Source: Chromatiales bacterium USCg_Taylor
GTDB taxonomy: Bacteria; Pseudomonadota; Gammaproteobacteria; JACCXJ01
Direction: 5' to 3'
DNA: 49,235 bases
Assembly (NCBI GenBank): GCA_002007425.1
Contig: MUGK01000002.1
Location: 1 to 49,235, forward strand
The notes beneath the pieces are model-generated. The model made no database searches, was not told where the DNA came from, and worked only from the letters and a program-made list of their open reading frames with translations. A program made the position numbers and the translations under genes. Positions 1 to 9,876 of the stretch are shown one piece after another. Position 1 is the stretch's first letter, and each line of letters begins with the position of its first letter.

Positions 1-719
1 AGATCGCTACGATCTTCGGTAGGGCCGGAGATAATCAATGGCGTGCGCGCTTCGTCGATCAGGATCGAATCAACTTCATCGACGATCGCGAAATTCAAGC
101 CCCTTTGCACGCGGTCGGCCTTGGAGAAAGCCATGTTATCGCGCAAGTAATCGAATCCGAATTCATTATTGGTTCCGTAGGTGATATCCGCGCCGTAGGC
201 CGCCTGCCGCTCCGCTTGTGACAAGCCCGGGACAACAACGCCGATGCTCATTCCCAGGAACTCGAATATTCTCCCCATCCACTGCGCATCGCGGCGGGCT
301 AGATAGTCGTTTACGGTAACGATGTGCACCCCATTTCCGGTTAACGCATTGAGGTAAGCAGCGAGCGTCGCGACGAGCGTCTTACCTTCGCCGGTGCGCA
401 TCTCGGCAATCTTACCCGCGTGCAGCACCATCCCGCCAATAATCTGTACGTCGAAGTGCCGCATCTCGAGCACCCGTCTTCCGACCTCCCGGACCGCGGC
501 AAACGCTTCCGGTAAGAGGTTGTCTAGCGCCTCGCCATGGCCGTACCGATCTCGAAGCTCCTGGGTCTTCGCCGCGAGTTGCGCGTCGTTCATTGCAGCG
601 CAAAACGATTCCAGTTCGTTGACTCGCGTCACCGTCTTTGTCATCCGCTTCAAAAGCCGCTCGTTACGGCTCCCGAAAACGCGGCCCAAGAAACCACTGA
701 TGTTCAGGTTTGCACGCAT
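1..719 (-). CDS. secA: Preprotein translocase ATPase SecA, N-terminal ~239 codons (3' end lies beyond window start)
   Basis: Minus-strand translation from ATG at 719-717 reads [26 protein letters not shown]. At the window edge the same frame reads [39 protein letters not shown], the SecA DEAD-like motor motif. The frame is open across 1-719. It is absent from the ORF track because it is truncated. Confidence 0.9.
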   Translation of the reverse strand, partial: MRANLNISGFLGRVFGSRNERLLKRMTKTVTRVNELESFCAAMNDAQLAAKTQELRDRYGHGEALDNLLPEAFAAVREVGRRVLEMRHFDVQIIGGMVLHAGKIAEMRTGEGKTLVATLAAYLNALTGNGVHIVTVNDYLARRDAQWMGRIFEFLGMSIGVVVPGLSQAERQAAYGADITYGTNNEFGFDYLRDNMAFSKADRVQRGLNFAIVDEVDSILIDEARTPLIISGPTEDRSD

Positions 720-763
720 AGGAATGGGAACTTATCTAAACTAAGAAATGCATTGAAAGCAAC

Positions 764-772
764 TGCTATAAT
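764..772 (+). promoter_or_regulatory. Extended -10 promoter element TGcTATAAT upstream of the DUF721 gene
   Basis: Exact TGnTATAAT match at 764-772, about 58 nt upstream of the GTG at 830. There is no good -35, which is typical of extended -10 promoters. Confidence 0.35.
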
Positions 773-829
773 TGAAACAAGTATGCGCTTACCGAAGACC
801 AGATCGTGAACTGACTAGGACGCCCGACG

Positions 830-1282
830 GTGCCTCGAAAATCCCGCCAAGCTATCGCCGTTGGTAAGCTGCTCAATATTAATCCTTCCGGCCGGTGCGG
901 GAAACTAGTCAACCGTGCACGGCGCCTCGCCGCCTTAGAGGGTGCTCTACTTAGCGTGTTGCCGCCCGAATGGAAACATCATTGCACGGTAGCCAACGTG
1001 CAGGACCAAACGCTGGTCGTAAGGACAACCTCGCCCGTTTGGGCGGCCCGCGTCCGGTTGATGGCGCCGCAGCTCCTGGAGCAATTACAGGCACAATGCC
1101 CGAACGAGGCCCTGCACGCCTTTCATGTGAGGATCCACCCGCGGATAGAAACAACGCACAAACCGAGCGCTACGCGTCCCGTTCTGTCATCAGGCAGCGC
1201 TGGCCTCTTGCTCTCTTTATCGAAGCAGTGCTCGGATCACGGTTTGGGGCTCGCCTTAGAGCGCCTATCAAAAAACGGTTAA
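830..1282 (+). CDS. DUF721 family protein (DciA-like, putative replicative helicase operator)
   Basis: 150 aa ORF with a GTG start, divergent from secA and convergent with lpxC, a position I recall being occupied by a DUF721 protein in Pseudomonas-like genomes. The basic N-terminus and the segment LVVRTTSPVWAARVRLMAPQLLEQL fit the DUF721 pattern. Assignment is by recognition only. Confidence 0.55.
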   Translation: MPRKSRQAIAVGKLLNINPSGRCGKLVNRARRLAALEGALLSVLPPEWKHHCTVANVQDQTLVVRTTSPVWAARVRLMAPQLLEQLQAQCPNEALHAFHVRIHPRIETTHKPSATRPVLSSGSAGLLLSLSKQCSDHGLGLALERLSKNG

Positions 1283-1296
1283 GTACCTTTCAAATC

Positions 1297-2208
1297 TCAT
1301 ACGGCCGGCGATGGGCGCATGTAGTTGATCGGCAATTCCACCTCGTCCTTGAAACTAACGAGCTCCCACGCTGCATTATCTTCCAACAACTTCCGCAGCA
1401 ACCGATTGTTTAAGGCATGTCCCGACTTGTGGCCATGAAACGCGCCGATAAGGCTGTGACCCAATAAGTAAAGATCCCCGATGGCGTCCAGAATCTTATG
1501 TTTTACAAACTCGTCTTCATAGCGCAGACCGTCTTCGTTTAGCACGCGGTAATCGTCAACGACGACGGCATTGCTGAGGCTCCCTCCCAACACCAAATTC
1601 ATTTCGCGCAGCATCTCGACCTCCTTCAGGAATCCAAAGGTGCGCGCGCGGCTGACTTCCTTTACGAACGAGGTGGTCGAAAAGTCGACCTCCGCGAACT
1701 TGCACGACTCGCGAAAAAATGGATGATCGAACTCGATGGAGAACGACACCTTAAAACCATCGAAAGGCTCAAATTTTGCCCATTTGTCCCCATCTTCGAC
1801 CGCAAGCTTGCGTTTGATACGAATAAACCGCTTCGAGGCGTTCTGTTCCTCAATGCCGGAAGACTGTAGCAGAAAGACAAACGGTCCCGCGCTCCCGTCC
1901 ATGATCGGAACCTCGGGCGCACTGACGTCTACATAGGCGTTATCGATACCGAGGCCGGCGAACGCGGAGAGCAAGTGCTCCACGGTGGAAATACGCACCG
2001 CACCCCTGGCAAGGCTGGTCGATAGCTGCGTATCACCGACGTTCTCGGCGCGCGCCCGGATTTCCACCGGTGGAGTGAGATCCGTACGGCGAAAGATGAT
2101 CCCGGAGTTCGCCGCGGCGGGGCGTAGCGTCACTAAAACCTTTTTCCCGGTGTGTAAGCCTACCCCAGTGGCGCGAATGACATTTTTGAGGGTGCGTTGT
2201 TTTATCAT
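1297..2208 (-). CDS. lpxC: UDP-3-O-acyl-N-acetylglucosamine deacetylase
   Basis: 303 aa. The N-terminus [24 protein letters not shown] and the [10 protein letters not shown] motif are typical LpxC. Position downstream of ftsZ is conserved. Confidence 0.95.
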   Translation of the reverse strand: MIKQRTLKNVIRATGVGLHTGKKVLVTLRPAAANSGIIFRRTDLTPPVEIRARAENVGDTQLSTSLARGAVRISTVEHLLSAFAGLGIDNAYVDVSAPEVPIMDGSAGPFVFLLQSSGIEEQNASKRFIRIKRKLAVEDGDKWAKFEPFDGFKVSFSIEFDHPFFRESCKFAEVDFSTTSFVKEVSRARTFGFLKEVEMLREMNLVLGGSLSNAVVVDDYRVLNEDGLRYEDEFVKHKILDAIGDLYLLGHSLIGAFHGHKSGHALNNRLLRKLLEDNAAWELVSFKDEVELPINYMRPSPAV

Positions 2209-2295
2209 GTCTCCATCGCTCGTCAGTAGTTGTTATCGCAAGTCTAACATGCGATACCGCAATGCAACAAAAATGTCCCTCGTGTCTTGAGAGCG

Positions 2296-3435
2296 TTAAT
2301 CCGCCTGCCGTCTTAAGAAGGCCGGTATGTCAAGGTAACTTGGGCTGGCCTTATCGAGAGTTACCAGATCTTTGTCTGCCTTGTTGCGGATGACCGTCGG
2401 GCGCTCGAGCGCCTTGTAATCGATCTCGGCGACGGGCTTGGATTTATTCAGGACCACCGGTTCCGCGAGCGAGCGCGGCTCCGTGCCGATGCCCGTGGCG
2501 ACGACCGTCACGCGCACCTCATCGGTCATGGCCGCATCGATCACGGTTCCCACGACCACGGTTGCGCTGTCGGATGCAAAGCCCTTAATGGTATTTCCGA
2601 CTTCCTCGAACTCGCCCATCGTGAGCTCCGGTCCCGAGGTAATATTCACCAGAATTCCCTTGGCGCCAGAGAGATTAATGTCTTCCAGCAGAGGACTCGC
2701 AATCGCCGATTCCGCCGCGACGCGGGCGCGGTCGGGTCCCGTCGCCACGCCCGATCCCATCATCGCCATTCCCATCTCCGACATTACCGTGCGCACATCG
2801 GCGAAGTCAACGTTAATGAGACCCGGGCAGGTGATAAGCTCGGCGATCCCTTGAACGGCCCCCAGCAATATGTCGTTAGCGCAGCTAAAGGCATTCAGCA
2901 AACTGACCTCCCTGCCGAGCACCGCGATTAGCTTCTCGTTCGGGATGGTGATCAGCGAATCGACGTATTGGCTGAGGTGCCGGATACCGTCGCCGGCGAT
3001 CTCCGCGCGCTTTTTACCTTCAAACGCGAAAGGTTTCGTCACCACAGCCACCGTGAGGATGCCCATCTCCTTGGCCACCTGTGCCGCGATCGGCGCCGCG
3101 CCCGTCCCGGTCCCGCCACCCATACCGGCGGTAATGAACACCATGTCCGCGCCGTCCAAGACATCCATGAACCGATCGCGGTCCTCAAGCGCGGCTTGCC
3201 GCCCTTTCTCCGGATCGGCGCCCGCGCCGAGGCCCTTGGTGATATTGCTACCGAACTGTATGATGGTTCTGGCCGAGCAGTTTTTCAACGCCTGAGCATC
3301 CGTATTCGCGCAGACGAATTCCACCCCGTCAATCTTGGCGCCCAGCATGTGCTGAATCGCGTTGCCGCCGCCCCCGCCGATCCCCAACACCTTAATTACC
3401 GCACTCTGAGTATAGGTATCCATTAATTCAAACAT
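2296..3435 (-). CDS. ftsZ: Cell division GTPase FtsZ
   Basis: GGGTGTGAAP tubulin signature and C-terminal DIPAFLRRQAD peptide. Start trimmed to MFELMD (ATG at 3435), preceded by GGAGGTGA. The track ORF extension to 3525 overlaps ftsA. Confidence 0.95.
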   Translation of the reverse strand: MFELMDTYTQSAVIKVLGIGGGGGNAIQHMLGAKIDGVEFVCANTDAQALKNCSARTIIQFGSNITKGLGAGADPEKGRQAALEDRDRFMDVLDGADMVFITAGMGGGTGTGAAPIAAQVAKEMGILTVAVVTKPFAFEGKKRAEIAGDGIRHLSQYVDSLITIPNEKLIAVLGREVSLLNAFSCANDILLGAVQGIAELITCPGLINVDFADVRTVMSEMGMAMMGSGVATGPDRARVAAESAIASPLLEDINLSGAKGILVNITSGPELTMGEFEEVGNTIKGFASDSATVVVGTVIDAAMTDEVRVTVVATGIGTEPRSLAEPVVLNKSKPVAEIDYKALERPTVIRNKADKDLVTLDKASPSYLDIPAFLRRQAD

Positions 3436-3485
3436 TGCTTCACCTCCGCTCATTGTAGTACCCGCATGCCATTCCGCTGTTAAGC

Positions 3486-4718
3486 CTAGAAATGTCCCTG
3501 AAACCAATTTTTCATCCGCTCCCAAACCCCGGAAAAACCACCCTCGACGCGCGAGGGCCTAGAACCGCTTCGTGCGCTATCGCGTCCAAACAACAACAGA
3601 CCCACGCCTGTCGAATAAACAGGGTTTCTAACGACGTCCACCAATCCGATCACATTCTGAGGCACGCCCAAACGTACCTGCCGGTGAAATACTTCTTCGG
3701 CCAACTCGATGGCCCCTTCCATCTTCGAGCTACCGCCGGTAAGCACGATGCCCGCGGCCATCATCTCTTCGTAACCGCTGCGCTTGAGCTCCGCTTGTAT
3801 CAGTGAGAACAGCTCTTCAAAGCGAGGCTCAACGACCTCCGCCAGTGTTTGCCGCATGAGCCGCCTGGGAGGCCGATCGCCGACGCTTGGAACCTCTATG
3901 GTCTCTTCGGGGCTCGCGAGTTGCGTCAGCGCGCACGCATACTTGATCTTGATCTCTTCCGCATTATGGGTAGGCGTCCTCAGGGCCACTGCGATGTCAT
4001 TGGTCACCTGATCGCCCGCGATAGGAATGACCGCCGTATGCTGAATGGCGCCATCGATGTAGACGGCGATATCGGTCGTTCCACCTCCGATATCGGCCAC
4101 GCACACCCCCAGATCCTTTTCATCTTCGGTTAGCACGGTTTGGGCTGAAGCGAGCTGTTGCAGGACCATGTCATCGACTTCCAACCCGCACCGCTTCACG
4201 CATTTGATGATGTTCTGGGCCGCGCTTACCGCACCGGTCACCACGTGCACCTTAGCCTCCAGCCGGACCCCGGACATGCCGATCGGTTCACGGATCCCTT
4301 CCTGACTGTCGATAACGAACTCTTGCGGCAAGACGTGCAGGATTTTCTGATCCGCGGGAATGGCGACCGCACGCGCCGCATCGATGACGCGCTCGACATC
4401 GCTATGCGTCACCTCGCTATCCCGGATCGCGACGATGCCGTGCGAATTCAAACTGCGTATGTGGCTGCCCGCAATCCCGGCATACACCGACCGAATCTCG
4501 CACCCGGCCATTAACTCGGCTTCTTCGATGGCTCGCTGTATCGATTGAACAGTGGATTCGATGTTGACGACTACACCCTTTTTTAGCCCACGGGACGGAT
4601 TCGAGCCGACCCCGATGACTTCCACGGTTCCGTCCGAGGCTATTTCACCGACGATCGCAACCACCTTCGAGGTGCCAATATCGAGCCCCACGATTAGGCT
4701 TTTGTCAGACCTTTTCAC
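3486..4718 (-). CDS. ftsA: Cell division protein FtsA (actin-like ATPase)
   Basis: 410 aa with LIVGLDIGTSKVVAIVGE and DIGGGTTDIAVY phosphate-binding motifs. dcw synteny supports the call. Confidence 0.95.
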   Translation of the reverse strand: MKRSDKSLIVGLDIGTSKVVAIVGEIASDGTVEVIGVGSNPSRGLKKGVVVNIESTVQSIQRAIEEAELMAGCEIRSVYAGIAGSHIRSLNSHGIVAIRDSEVTHSDVERVIDAARAVAIPADQKILHVLPQEFVIDSQEGIREPIGMSGVRLEAKVHVVTGAVSAAQNIIKCVKRCGLEVDDMVLQQLASAQTVLTEDEKDLGVCVADIGGGTTDIAVYIDGAIQHTAVIPIAGDQVTNDIAVALRTPTHNAEEIKIKYACALTQLASPEETIEVPSVGDRPPRRLMRQTLAEVVEPRFEELFSLIQAELKRSGYEEMMAAGIVLTGGSSKMEGAIELAEEVFHRQVRLGVPQNVIGLVDVVRNPVYSTGVGLLLFGRDSARSGSRPSRVEGGFSGVWERMKNWFQGHF

Positions 4719-4968
4719 CCAGCGACTCCTTTACATCGGCGGCTTTCCCCGTGCGTACGGCGAAGCCGTTGGTGTAACGCAGATCGACCCGCGCCACGGC
4801 AACGCTCGCCCCACTAATCGCCTTTGGATAGTGTTCGATGAAACGGCCGACCCGGCGATCGAACTCGGACTTGCCCACGATCACGAGCGGACCGCCCCTC
4901 AATTCGAAGCTCCAAGAACGCCGCGGGCTTAGCTTTAAGCTCACCACCTCCAGCCCGATCTCAATCAT
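4705..4968 (-). CDS. ftsQ: FtsQ C-terminal (beta-domain) fragment, out of frame with the N-terminal fragment
   Basis: 87 aa containing SPRRSWSFEL and VDLRYTNGFAV, which match the FtsQ C-terminal domain. ATG at 4968-4966 overlaps the TGA of the upstream fragment. Confidence 0.8.
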   Translation of the reverse strand: MIEIGLEVVSLKLSPRRSWSFELRGGPLVIVGKSEFDRRVGRFIEHYPKAISGASVAVARVDLRYTNGFAVRTGKAADVKESLGEKV

Positions 4969-5465
4969 TTGGTGAGCACTTGAACCTCCGTGGCGTTGGG
5001 GCCAATGAGCTTAGGAAGCCCGAGCGGATAGGTATGTTGCGGCGGATGAAACAAAACACCGTCGTTACTCAGCAGGCCCTTATCTCCCCAACGAGCGGCA
5101 GGCCGCTGCTCATGCACCGTGACCTTGAGGCCATCGGGCCAGACCCGCCCCACCGATACGCCTTTGATCCACGGATTATGGCTGAGATCATCCTGTATCT
5201 CCTTGACACCTACCGTAAAGAAACCGCCGTACACTTCCTGAGCAATCAGCGTCCGGAGATCGCCCGGTTTGATGTGACGAAACTCGGCTTCGATAAACAC
5301 CTCGCGAATGGGCATTGCGGCCGGATCGGTGATCCGTGTCACCGCCCATGCAACCAGCGCGGTCAGATCCACGACCACAAAAACGGTGACCAGAACTATC
5401 CAACGATAGTTGTTGCAGCAAACCGGGGTTGTTGCAATACGCCGATTTCGCCGCTGCCGCTTCAC
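4965..5465 (-). CDS. ftsQ: FtsQ N-terminal fragment (cytoplasmic tail, TM helix, POTRA)
   Basis: 166 aa with a basic tail, the TM segment WIVLVTVFVVVDLTALVAWAV and a POTRA-like segment IREVFIEAEFRHIKPGDL...WIKGVSVGRVWPDGLKVTVHEQ. It ends prematurely at TGA 4967-4965. Confidence 0.8.
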   Translation of the reverse strand: MKRQRRNRRIATTPVCCNNYRWIVLVTVFVVVDLTALVAWAVTRITDPAAMPIREVFIEAEFRHIKPGDLRTLIAQEVYGGFFTVGVKEIQDDLSHNPWIKGVSVGRVWPDGLKVTVHEQRPAARWGDKGLLSNDGVLFHPPQHTYPLGLPKLIGPNATEVQVLTK

Positions 5466-6409
5466 GCCACAACCTCGTTTTTAGGAGCCTTAACGATCCG
5501 CGTCAAGCGCGCCGTTTGCAGTATCTTCATCACCAGATCGTCAAATGATATGCCGGCCGTCTTGGCGGCCATCGGGACCAGGCTATGGCTCGTCATCCCG
5601 GGCACCGTGTTCACTTCGATAAGCCACGGCCGGTCCGCACGATCAACCAGCATGTCAACGCGCCCCCAGCCGCGCGCACCCAAGGTCTGAAACGCGTGCA
5701 CCGCCAACGCTTGATACTCGCGCTCCCGTTCCACGGGAAGCTCCGCAGGGCAAATATAGCGGGTGTGATCGTCGTGATACTTCGCCGCGTAATCGTAGAA
5801 TAACCTCGGCGTCTCCAACCGAATCATCGGCAGGGCTTGTTCGTGCAGCACGGCAACGGTATATTCGCGCCCCGTGATCCAGCGCTCCGCGATGATGCTC
5901 TCATCAAACTGAGCGGCCGATTTCCAAGCCGCGCTTAGGCCCTCCGGTTCGTCCACCTTGCTCGCGCCGATGCTCGAACCCTCGCACGCGGGTTTCACCA
6001 TGATGGGCAACCCCAAGGCGGAGACGACAGCCTGCGAATCAGAATCCTCTTGCATCTCGACGAAAGGCGGCGTCGGCAAACCGACGCCGATCCACACCCG
6101 TTTGGCTTTGATCTTGTCCATCGCCAACGCCGAGCCCAACACGCCGCTTCCCGTGTATGGGATGCGCAAGGTTTCGAGGGCGCCTTGGATCTGTCCGTCC
6201 TCGCCACCCCGGCCATGCAGGGCTATAAAAGCGCAGTCAAAGCCGCCGCTTCGCAATCGTTCCAACACTTGCGCGTCGAGATCAACAGGCGCCGCATTCA
6301 CCCCCTTGCGCTTGAGTGCCGCGAGGACCGCATTACCGCTCTCGAGCGAAATCACACGCTCCGCCGAGTCACCGCCCATGAGCACCGCCACGTTCGTGAA
6401 CTTACTCAT
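5462..6409 (-). CDS. ddl: D-alanine--D-alanine ligase
   Basis: 315 aa with VAVLMGGDSAERVISLESG and ATP-grasp motifs. It sits between murB and ftsQ with 4-nt overlaps on both sides. Confidence 0.9.
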   Translation of the reverse strand: MSKFTNVAVLMGGDSAERVISLESGNAVLAALKRKGVNAAPVDLDAQVLERLRSGGFDCAFIALHGRGGEDGQIQGALETLRIPYTGSGVLGSALAMDKIKAKRVWIGVGLPTPPFVEMQEDSDSQAVVSALGLPIMVKPACEGSSIGASKVDEPEGLSAAWKSAAQFDESIIAERWITGREYTVAVLHEQALPMIRLETPRLFYDYAAKYHDDHTRYICPAELPVEREREYQALAVHAFQTLGARGWGRVDMLVDRADRPWLIEVNTVPGMTSHSLVPMAAKTAGISFDDLVMKILQTARLTRIVKAPKNEVVA

Positions 6410-7362
6410 GCATCCTCGCTACAGGCGGACCGCGTAGGTTCGCCCACGATCTTGACCTCCGGCGCCAGCCGTACGGCTTGCGCCGACTCCACCGTCGCTT
6501 GAATCTTCTCGATCAGGGCTTCGATGTCGGTGGCGGTTGCCTTCCCGAGGTTTACTATGAAATTAGCATGCTTCTCCGAGACGCGGGCCTCGCCGACGGA
6601 CAAGCCTTTCAGGCCGCTTGCTTCGATCAGGCGAGCCGCGTAATCCCCGGGGGGATTGCTAAATACGGAACCGCAACTGCGCTGGTGGATCGGCTGCGCA
6701 GCCGCCCGCCGCATCATGAGGGACTTGATGCGTTGCATGCCGCGACGCTCGGGATCCGGCTCTAGAGCCAGTTCGGCGCCTAGGAACCATTCATCATCTT
6801 GTAGCCCACCAAGGTGGCGGTAACCCGGAACGAACTCCTGCCGTTCGCGTGTCCGTCGGACGCCTTCACGGTCAACGGTTTCAACGCTTCGTACGAGATC
6901 CCACGTCTGTCCACCGTAGGCGCCGGCATTCATCGCGAGAGCCCCCCCCAGGGTTCCGGGAACACCCGCTAAAAACTCCCCGCCCCTGTAACCGGCTCTT
7001 GCAGCAAAGCGAGCCGCCTTCGCGCACGCGACTCCGCATCCGGCCCATAAGGTATTCCCACGGGTTATTTCCAGTTTGTCGAAAACACCCGCTGTACAAA
7101 TCACCGTACCGCGGATCCCGCCCTCGCGCACCAGCACGTTACTGCCCAGACCCACCCAGAAGACCTGTTCTGCGCGCGGGAGCCGGCGGATAAAGGCCAC
7201 GAGATCGTCAACATCGGCGGGAACATAGAACCGATCCGCGGGTCCACCGACGCGCCACGAGGTATGCTCGGACATGGACTCCCCGTAGCGTAGTTCGCCT
7301 CGCAGCGGCGGGTGACGTTCCCCTTTCGAGATCCCCGAGGGCGCGTGCGGTTGCGTTAACAT
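6406..7362 (-). CDS. murB: UDP-N-acetylenolpyruvoylglucosamine reductase
   Basis: The FAD-binding MurB core (WRVGGPADRFY, GLGSNVLV, SCGSVFSNP) is present. Start trimmed to ATG at 7362 (MLTQPH...), which overlaps the murC stop in GTATGTTAA. The track N-terminal extension lies inside murC. Confidence 0.9.
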   Translation of the reverse strand: MLTQPHAPSGISKGERHPPLRGELRYGESMSEHTSWRVGGPADRFYVPADVDDLVAFIRRLPRAEQVFWVGLGSNVLVREGGIRGTVICTAGVFDKLEITRGNTLWAGCGVACAKAARFAARAGYRGGEFLAGVPGTLGGALAMNAGAYGGQTWDLVRSVETVDREGVRRTRERQEFVPGYRHLGGLQDDEWFLGAELALEPDPERRGMQRIKSLMMRRAAAQPIHQRSCGSVFSNPPGDYAARLIEASGLKGLSVGEARVSEKHANFIVNLGKATATDIEALIEKIQATVESAQAVRLAPEVKIVGEPTRSACSEDA

Positions 7363-8765
7363 ACCGCCGCCAATTCTTGCCCGGCGCCGTAATAACGCCA
7401 TAGTTGTGGCGCAGTACCGCCAACATTGCCGGCGCCGAGCATAAGCAGAATACAGCCATCGCTGACCATCCGGGGTAACTCGGCGGCTAGTTCCGAGGGT
7501 TGACCGAGCAACAGAGCATCGGCGCCGCCGCGGCGCTGTATGGCGCGGCAAAGCGCGCGGCTGTCGGCGCTTGCGACGTAGGGTTCACCTGCCGCATAGG
7601 TCTCGAACAAAACTAACGTATCCACGGATGATAGGACCTCGACGAAATCCTGGAACAAGTCCTCGGTACGGGTGTAGCGATGGGGCTGGAAAGCGACGAC
7701 CAGTCTCCGACCGGGCCAGCCCGCCCGCACCGCCGCCAAAGTCGCGGCGATCTCGCGTGGATGGTGACCGTAGTCATCGATCAAAAGGACGCGCGCCGCT
7801 CCGATCCGGATCTCACCGAACAATTGCGATCGCCGGGCAATGCCCTCAAAGCGCTCCAGGCCTGCTTTAATCACCTCATCAGCGATGTTGAGCTCGCGCG
7901 CGACGGCGATCGCCGCGAGCGCGTTCAAGACGTTATGTACCCCCGGTAAATTGAGCGCGAGGTCCATCGAATTGCCCTCCAAAGAGGTGACTCGAAAGCG
8001 CGTGGTGCCCCGTTCTTGCCACAGCACTTCCGCGCGTAGGTCCGCCTGCGTGTCGATCCCGTAGGTCAACAATGGCCGCGACACGCACCCTAGAATGTCC
8101 CGAATGACCGGGTCGTCCATGCATACGACGGCCAACCCGTAGAAGGGCAGGTGATGCAAGAACTCTAAAAAGGCCTCGCGCAGGCGGGAAAAATCATTGT
8201 GATAGCTGCCCAGGTGATCGGCGTCGATATTTGTCAGGACCGCGATTACGGGTTTTAGAAACAGAAACGAGGTATCGCTCTCATCGGCTTCGGCGACCAG
8301 GTATTTCCCGCTCCCGAGCCGCGCGTGGCTCGCCACGCTATTCAGCCGCCCGCCGATCACGAAGGTGGGATCGAGACCGGCCCTCGCCAAGAGACTCGCG
8401 ATGAGGCTCGTGGTTGTCGTTTTTCCGTGGGTGCCCGCGACCGCGATCCCGTAACGAAAGCGCATGAGCTCAGCCAGCATCTCCGCGCGCGGCACGACCG
8501 GTATTCTACTTTCCCGCGCCGCGAGGACCTCGACGTTATCGGCGCCGACGGCGCTCGATACGACCAGGACGTCCGCCTCAGCCATACTTTCCGCACGGTG
8601 TCCCAGTACGATACGGATCCCCAGCCGTTTCAGGCGTTCCGTGCTGGCGTTATCGTGGAGATCGGAACCGGAAACGCGGTAGCCGAGGTTGTGGAGAACC
8701 TCGGCGATTCCGCTCATGCCGGCCCCGCCGATCCCGACAAAGTGAATCGTCTTTACCCGGCGCAT
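7356..8765 (-). CDS. murC: UDP-N-acetylmuramate--L-alanine ligase
   Basis: IHFVGIGGAGMSGIAEVL and GTHGKTTTTSL Mur ligase motifs. Start trimmed to MRRVKTIHF (8765), 16 nt after the murG stop. Confidence 0.9.
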   Translation of the reverse strand: MRRVKTIHFVGIGGAGMSGIAEVLHNLGYRVSGSDLHDNASTERLKRLGIRIVLGHRAESMAEADVLVVSSAVGADNVEVLAARESRIPVVPRAEMLAELMRFRYGIAVAGTHGKTTTTSLIASLLARAGLDPTFVIGGRLNSVASHARLGSGKYLVAEADESDTSFLFLKPVIAVLTNIDADHLGSYHNDFSRLREAFLEFLHHLPFYGLAVVCMDDPVIRDILGCVSRPLLTYGIDTQADLRAEVLWQERGTTRFRVTSLEGNSMDLALNLPGVHNVLNALAAIAVARELNIADEVIKAGLERFEGIARRSQLFGEIRIGAARVLLIDDYGHHPREIAATLAAVRAGWPGRRLVVAFQPHRYTRTEDLFQDFVEVLSSVDTLVLFETYAAGEPYVASADSRALCRAIQRRGGADALLLGQPSELAAELPRMVSDGCILLMLGAGNVGGTAPQLWRYYGAGQELAAVC

Positions 8766-8781
8766 CGTCGAGTTTTCGCTT

Positions 8782-9876
8782 TCAACCACGCGCCACCTCA
8801 ACACACAGGTCAACGACCCGTGCGGTGGCGTTTAACGCCGCGATCTCGTGCACCCGAGCCGCCATGATTTGCAAGCGTTCGGGGGCTTCTCCCAGTGTCC
8901 TCAACATTTCCGCCAAGCACCCTTCGTTGAATTGCGGCTGCGGTATTAGTATCGCCGCGCCGCGATCGGCCAAGAAACGCGCATTCGCGGTTTGGTGATC
9001 GTCCACGGCCGAGGGATAAGGAACCAAAATCGCCGGGACTGACGCGGCGGCAAGCTCGAACAGCGTGGAAGCGCCGGCACGGCAAATCGCAATGTCCGCC
9101 CATGCGTAGGCCGCAGCCATGTCGTCAATGAATACATCGACTTTGGCCAGCACCCCAAAGGCCGTGTAGCGCTGCCCGGTGGCGCCCTGATCCGAAGCCC
9201 CAACCTGATGCCATATCCGGACCGCGGGGGATCGCAGGCGCGCGACGGCCTCGGGTACCACGCGGTTGAGAACCAAGGCGCCCTGACTACCGCCGAGAAT
9301 TAAAATCCGCAATTCCGTCTGAGCGTGCGCTACGCGGCTGACGCTCAATACCTCGCGGCGCACCGGATTACCCGTGTGAACTGCGGTTCTGACGCGCGCG
9401 AAGGTGCCGGGGAAAGACTCCAGGACTCGGGTAGCCAAGGGCGACAATAACCGGTTCGTGATTCCCGCCACCGCGTTCTGCTCGTGGATGATCAGCGGGA
9501 TCCGCAAAAGCCAGGCGGCGATGCCTCCGGGCCCACTTGTGAATCCACCCATTCCTACGACAACCGCGGGCCGACGGCGTACCAAGAGCACGAGACACTG
9601 GAGCAGCGCGAACACGATCTGCAGCGGTGCGATGACCTGCTGAATCAGCGCCTTTCCCCGGAACCCGGATACGGCAATGGTAATGAGATCGAAACCCGCC
9701 TTAGGCACAATGGTCCCTTCCAGCCCGCCTCGGGTCCCAAGCCAGATCAGGGGTACGCCCAAGTCGCGTAGCCGTTCGGCGACCGCAAGGGCGGGGAAAA
9801 TATGTCCGCCCGTACCGCCGGCCATCATCAGCACCGGTCTACCGGCCATAGGCATCACGCCGAACCCGCGCTTCAC
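8782..9876 (-). CDS. murG: Undecaprenyldiphospho-muramoylpentapeptide beta-N-acetylglucosaminyltransferase
   Basis: The MMAGGTGGHIFPALAVA signature is present. The start is ambiguous among GTG 9876, ATG 9855 and ATG 9849, and all overlap the ftsW 3' end. Confidence 0.88.
   Translation of the reverse strand: MKRGFGVMPMAGRPVLMMAGGTGGHIFPALAVAERLRDLGVPLIWLGTRGGLEGTIVPKAGFDLITIAVSGFRGKALIQQVIAPLQIVFALLQCLVLLVRRRPAVVVGMGGFTSGPGGIAAWLLRIPLIIHEQNAVAGITNRLLSPLATRVLESFPGTFARVRTAVHTGNPVRREVLSVSRVAHAQTELRILILGGSQGALVLNRVVPEAVARLRSPAVRIWHQVGASDQGATGQRYTAFGVLAKVDVFIDDMAAAYAWADIAICRAGASTLFELAAASVPAILVPYPSAVDDHQTANARFLADRGAAILIPQPQFNEGCLAEMLRTLGEAPERLQIMAARVHEIAALNATARVVDLCVEVARG

Noticed and set aside
2209-2295. 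The hairpin TATCGCA-N9-TGCGATA between ftsZ and lpxC, considered as a terminator.
   Set aside because: No U tract follows it on the transcribed (minus) strand. Without data it is more plausibly an mRNA processing or stability element, or has no function.
4980-5690. Long antisense ORFs opposite well-supported genes. Examples are 4980-5690(+), 11078-11743(+), 18688-19251(+), 29982-30869(+), 40768-41427(-) and 47098-47982(-), ranging from 187 to 295 aa.
   Set aside because: All lie fully inside or opposite genes with clear homology. Their translations are Arg/Pro/Gly/Ala-rich with no motifs. Long stop-free antisense frames are expected at this GC content.
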